Notes under the pieces: generated by a model
What the model was told of the DNA's origin: nothing
Seen by the model: only the letters and a program-made list of their open reading frames with translations
The model's database searches: none
Made by a program: the position numbers and the translations under genes
Shown here: positions 60,501-62,662 of the stretch, piece by piece
Layout: every line of letters begins with the position of its first letter
Position numbering within the stretch: position 1 is the first letter of the stretch
Assembly (NCBI GenBank): GCA_964374095.1
Contig: CAYJXJ010000004.1
Location: 1 to 62,662, forward strand
Source of the DNA: an uncultured Elusimicrobia bacterium
GTDB lineage: Bacteria > Elusimicrobiota > Elusimicrobia > UBA1565 > UBA9628
DNA: 62,662 nucleotides
Direction of reading: 5' to 3'

Positions 60501-62564
60501 TCACGGGCCTCGATCCGAGTCGCGGGCGTATGGCGGCCGGTAGCGGAAGGCGACCGTCCGCGCGGGCCTGTCCAGAGACACCCCCCAGAAGGTCCCGTAG
60601 GCGGGCACGATCTCGACCTCCCGCCCGTCCGCCCAGCACCGCCAGAACGGGCTGTAGCTGTTGCTCACGACCAGAAACCCCGGACCCTCCATGCGCGTCG
60701 CCAGGTCCAGGCGGTCCGGCTCGTAGCGGGTGAACTCGGCCGCGCCCGCGGCCAAGCTCCGGCCGACGCCGCCGGAGGACGCCTTCTCGAGATAGGCCGC
60801 CTCCCGCAGCGCCCCCGGACCGGCCCCGGCCATGGCCTCCAGCAGGCTCCCGCGGTCTGCGAAGACCTGGATCGCTCGAACGAAGTACGCGCGGGGCAGG
60901 ACCGTCTTGTTCTCGTACAGGTAGAAGTAGGTCTTGCCGGTGAAATTCTCACGGACCCGGAGCCGGACCCGCTCCCACCGCGTCATGGACTCCCAGGGCC
61001 GCTGGCCCAGGATCTCGAGTGCGTCCGGATGGATGAGGGGATGGCGCGAGATCAAGTACCGCACGTTGGCCAAGGACAGCAGGTTCATCCGGGCGAAGGC
61101 GTCGATGGGGACGCCCCCCGGCAGGGAGCGGACGTCTTTCACCGAAGGGAAATAGATTTGGTTTCCGAAGGCCTTGAAGCCCTCCGCTTGTCTTTCATCC
61201 AGACGAGCCTCCGGGTCGATGACCTTGCCCCAGAAGAGCTGGTAGGACTCCGGGTAAAGATTGAGGTAGCCGTCAACCGCCTCGAGCCCATGGGCCATGG
61301 CATAGGCCGGATGAAAACCGTGCGGCAAGCTCGCCACCCGGAAGGGCTGCAGCGGCGTGCGCGCCGCCAACTCCTTGAGGACGGGGCTTGAGAAGTTGGC
61401 GCGGTAGCCCCCTTGGAAGAACCAGTCCCGCAGGTTCCCGGCCTTGCGACTCGTCGACACCCCACACAGGATCAGAGCCCACAGGGCCAGCACCAACCCG
61501 CGGCGCGGGAGTCGGTCCGCTCCGGAGGCCGTCATGAAGATCGCGTAGGGGACCGACAGGGCGAGGAAGCGGGCATGACTCAACGCGCCGAGCGCCGGCA
61601 CGGCGCCGGAGTAATTCGATTGCGCCCAATCGAGCGTCTCCCCGCCCAGTACGAGCAGAAGAAACGCCGCCCAAAGTTTCCAGCGCACGCGGCCGTACCA
61701 CGCGCCCGCGACCGCGATGAGCAGCGGAACGCCCACGGCGTGACCCCGCCCGAAGAGCCAGGGCATGAGGCCGGCGAAACCCTCTCCGACGGCCGTCGGA
61801 GGGCGCGCCCAATCCGCCCGATGCGACCAGTCCAGGTGAGTCGTGATGGCCAGAGCCGTCTGCACGTGCGGTGTCAGCGACACGGCCGCGAAGATGGCGA
61901 ACACCCACGCCGTCCTCCAAGTCCAAAGGCTTCGGATGAAGACCAGCCAGAATGCCGCTCCCAGAAGTCCGTAAGGCAAAGACATCGCGACGGAGGAGGC
62001 CAGACCGTTGAGCAGTCCCAACCCGGCGGCCCAGACCACGGGGCGAGACCGCCGCCCGCAAACGACCTCCTCGAGGTGCCAGGCCATGAACGGGACCAGG
62101 AGCCAGCAGCCCTGCATCCCCGGGGCGCCTTCCACGGCGACGCAGAAGGCGCCCCCGGCGGTCAGGGCGGACCATGGCGAGAGTTCGAGCCTCTCCCGGG
62201 CCAATAGGCAGGCGTAGTACGACCCCAGGAAAAATTGGAGCAAGTGGAAGACGGCGTATGCGCCCCAGACTGGGAGGAACCGGCAGAGCAAGGCCGTGAT
62301 GTGGAGGTGCGACATGTCGTTGGCCAGCCGGTCGACGCCGCAGGCCATGTGGGGCACCCAGCCGTGGGAGGTCGCGCGGTAATCCGAGGACGCCAGCAGG
62401 ATATCCCTGGGGACGGTGTGGTTGCCGACATCATGGACGCGAACCATGGAGGCGGGGCCCAGGATAAGCCCGCCCAGGCTCAGCCATAAGGCGATGACGC
62501 AACACGCAGGCCCGGCCCAGGAGCGGCCATCGGCGGACTCTAGACCTTGCCGCAGGGAGGACAC
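60501..62564 (-). CDS. YfhO-like GT-C membrane glycosyltransferase, paralogue 3
   Basis: GTG 62564. The N-terminus MSSLR.. parallels MSVLR.. of paralogue 2. The TM region is diverged and the C-terminal domain identical. Confidence 0.85.
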   Translation of the reverse strand: MSSLRQGLESADGRSWAGPACCVIALWLSLGGLILGPASMVRVHDVGNHTVPRDILLASSDYRATSHGWVPHMACGVDRLANDMSHLHITALLCRFLPVWGAYAVFHLLQFFLGSYYACLLARERLELSPWSALTAGGAFCVAVEGAPGMQGCWLLVPFMAWHLEEVVCGRRSRPVVWAAGLGLLNGLASSVAMSLPYGLLGAAFWLVFIRSLWTWRTAWVFAIFAAVSLTPHVQTALAITTHLDWSHRADWARPPTAVGEGFAGLMPWLFGRGHAVGVPLLIAVAGAWYGRVRWKLWAAFLLLVLGGETLDWAQSNYSGAVPALGALSHARFLALSVPYAIFMTASGADRLPRRGLVLALWALILCGVSTSRKAGNLRDWFFQGGYRANFSSPVLKELAARTPLQPFRVASLPHGFHPAYAMAHGLEAVDGYLNLYPESYQLFWGKVIDPEARLDERQAEGFKAFGNQIYFPSVKDVRSLPGGVPIDAFARMNLLSLANVRYLISRHPLIHPDALEILGQRPWESMTRWERVRLRVRENFTGKTYFYLYENKTVLPRAYFVRAIQVFADRGSLLEAMAGAGPGALREAAYLEKASSGGVGRSLAAGAAEFTRYEPDRLDLATRMEGPGFLVVSNSYSPFWRCWADGREVEIVPAYGTFWGVSLDRPARTVAFRYRPPYARDSDRGP
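60532..61136. repeat. 605-bp perfect direct repeat, copy 2
   Basis: Identical to 58452-59056. Confidence 0.9.
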
Positions 62565-62587
62565 TAGTGTAGTGGCCCATAACTAAC

Positions 62588-62617
62588 TTGATAGTAGCCA
62601 TCGACGCAGGCTATGCT
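62588..62617 (+). promoter_or_regulatory. candidate promoter (TTGATA-18-TATGCT)
   Basis: Hexamers at 62588-62593 and 62612-62617, 7 nt upstream of ATGATG at 62625. Confidence 0.3.
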
Positions 62618-62624
62618 ATGCAGC

Positions 62625-62662
62625 ATGATGACCGCCCCGCCCATCCTCTTGTCCGCCGAAGA
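62625..62662 (+). CDS. start of an unidentified gene running out of the window
   Basis: ATG ATG ACC GCC CCG CCC ATC CTC TTG TCC GCC GAA .. Only 12 codons are visible. Confidence 0.2.
   Translation, partial: MMTAPPILLSAE

Noticed and set aside
58452-61136. The 605-bp repeats as ends of a composite transposon or IS copies.
   Set aside because: Both copies are in-frame coding parts of paralogous YfhO-like genes in direct orientation, with no transposase and no terminal inverted repeats.
1-62662. Search for tRNA, rRNA, CRISPR arrays and riboswitch-like leaders.
   Set aside because: No cloverleaf-type or T-loop (GTTCGAATC-like) motifs, no regularly spaced short repeats and no long conserved-looking leaders were seen in the few intergenic gaps. 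This was only a visual scan, so small ncRNAs cannot be excluded.

Overview
62.7-kb high-GC bacterial window, almost entirely coding, with hints of a diderm host (KpsF, fragments of an outer-membrane-protein-like gene). After two housekeeping-type genes (an HExxH protein and tlyA), the window is one very large surface-glycan biosynthesis super-locus. It holds six SDR epimerase/dehydratase/reductase genes, three DegT-type aminotransferases, two Gfo/Idh/MocA oxidoreductases and two cytidylyltransferase-like genes. It also holds a reversed-order HldE-like nucleotidyltransferase/kinase, KpsF, a TylCIII-type C-methyltransferase, a B12-radical-SAM enzyme, a fused TPP E1 alpha-beta enzyme and five class-I methyltransferases. 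Amidation and acylation functions are two AsnB homologues, a WbpG/PseA-type sugar amidotransferase, a WecD-like GNAT, and an AMP-ligase/cyclase/ACP acyl-loading module followed by a 760-aa orphan protein. The transferases are one GT4, two GT2 polyprenyl-phosphate glycosyltransferases and four large GT-C-like membrane proteins, three of them YfhO-like paralogues. No Wzx/Wzy/Wzz, ABC exporter or initiating phosphoglycosyltransferase is recognisable. Two visibly AT-richer insertions interrupt the locus. The first (30.7-32.9 kb) is a decayed serine-recombinase element carrying a Schlafen/AlbA_2-GHKL-wHTH gene, next to a truncated duplicate of the AMP-ligase gene and its promoter. The second (54.0-58.4 kb) is an island rich in gene fragments, with two divergent AbiE-like modules, bracketed by a perfect 43-bp inverted repeat. 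The two terminal YfhO-like genes share a perfect 605-bp direct repeat. No rRNA, tRNA or CRISPR array was seen. All functional calls come from motif and architecture recognition by eye, not from database searches. Starts were refined from the ORF track using start/stop overlaps and homologue N-termini, and several remain uncertain.
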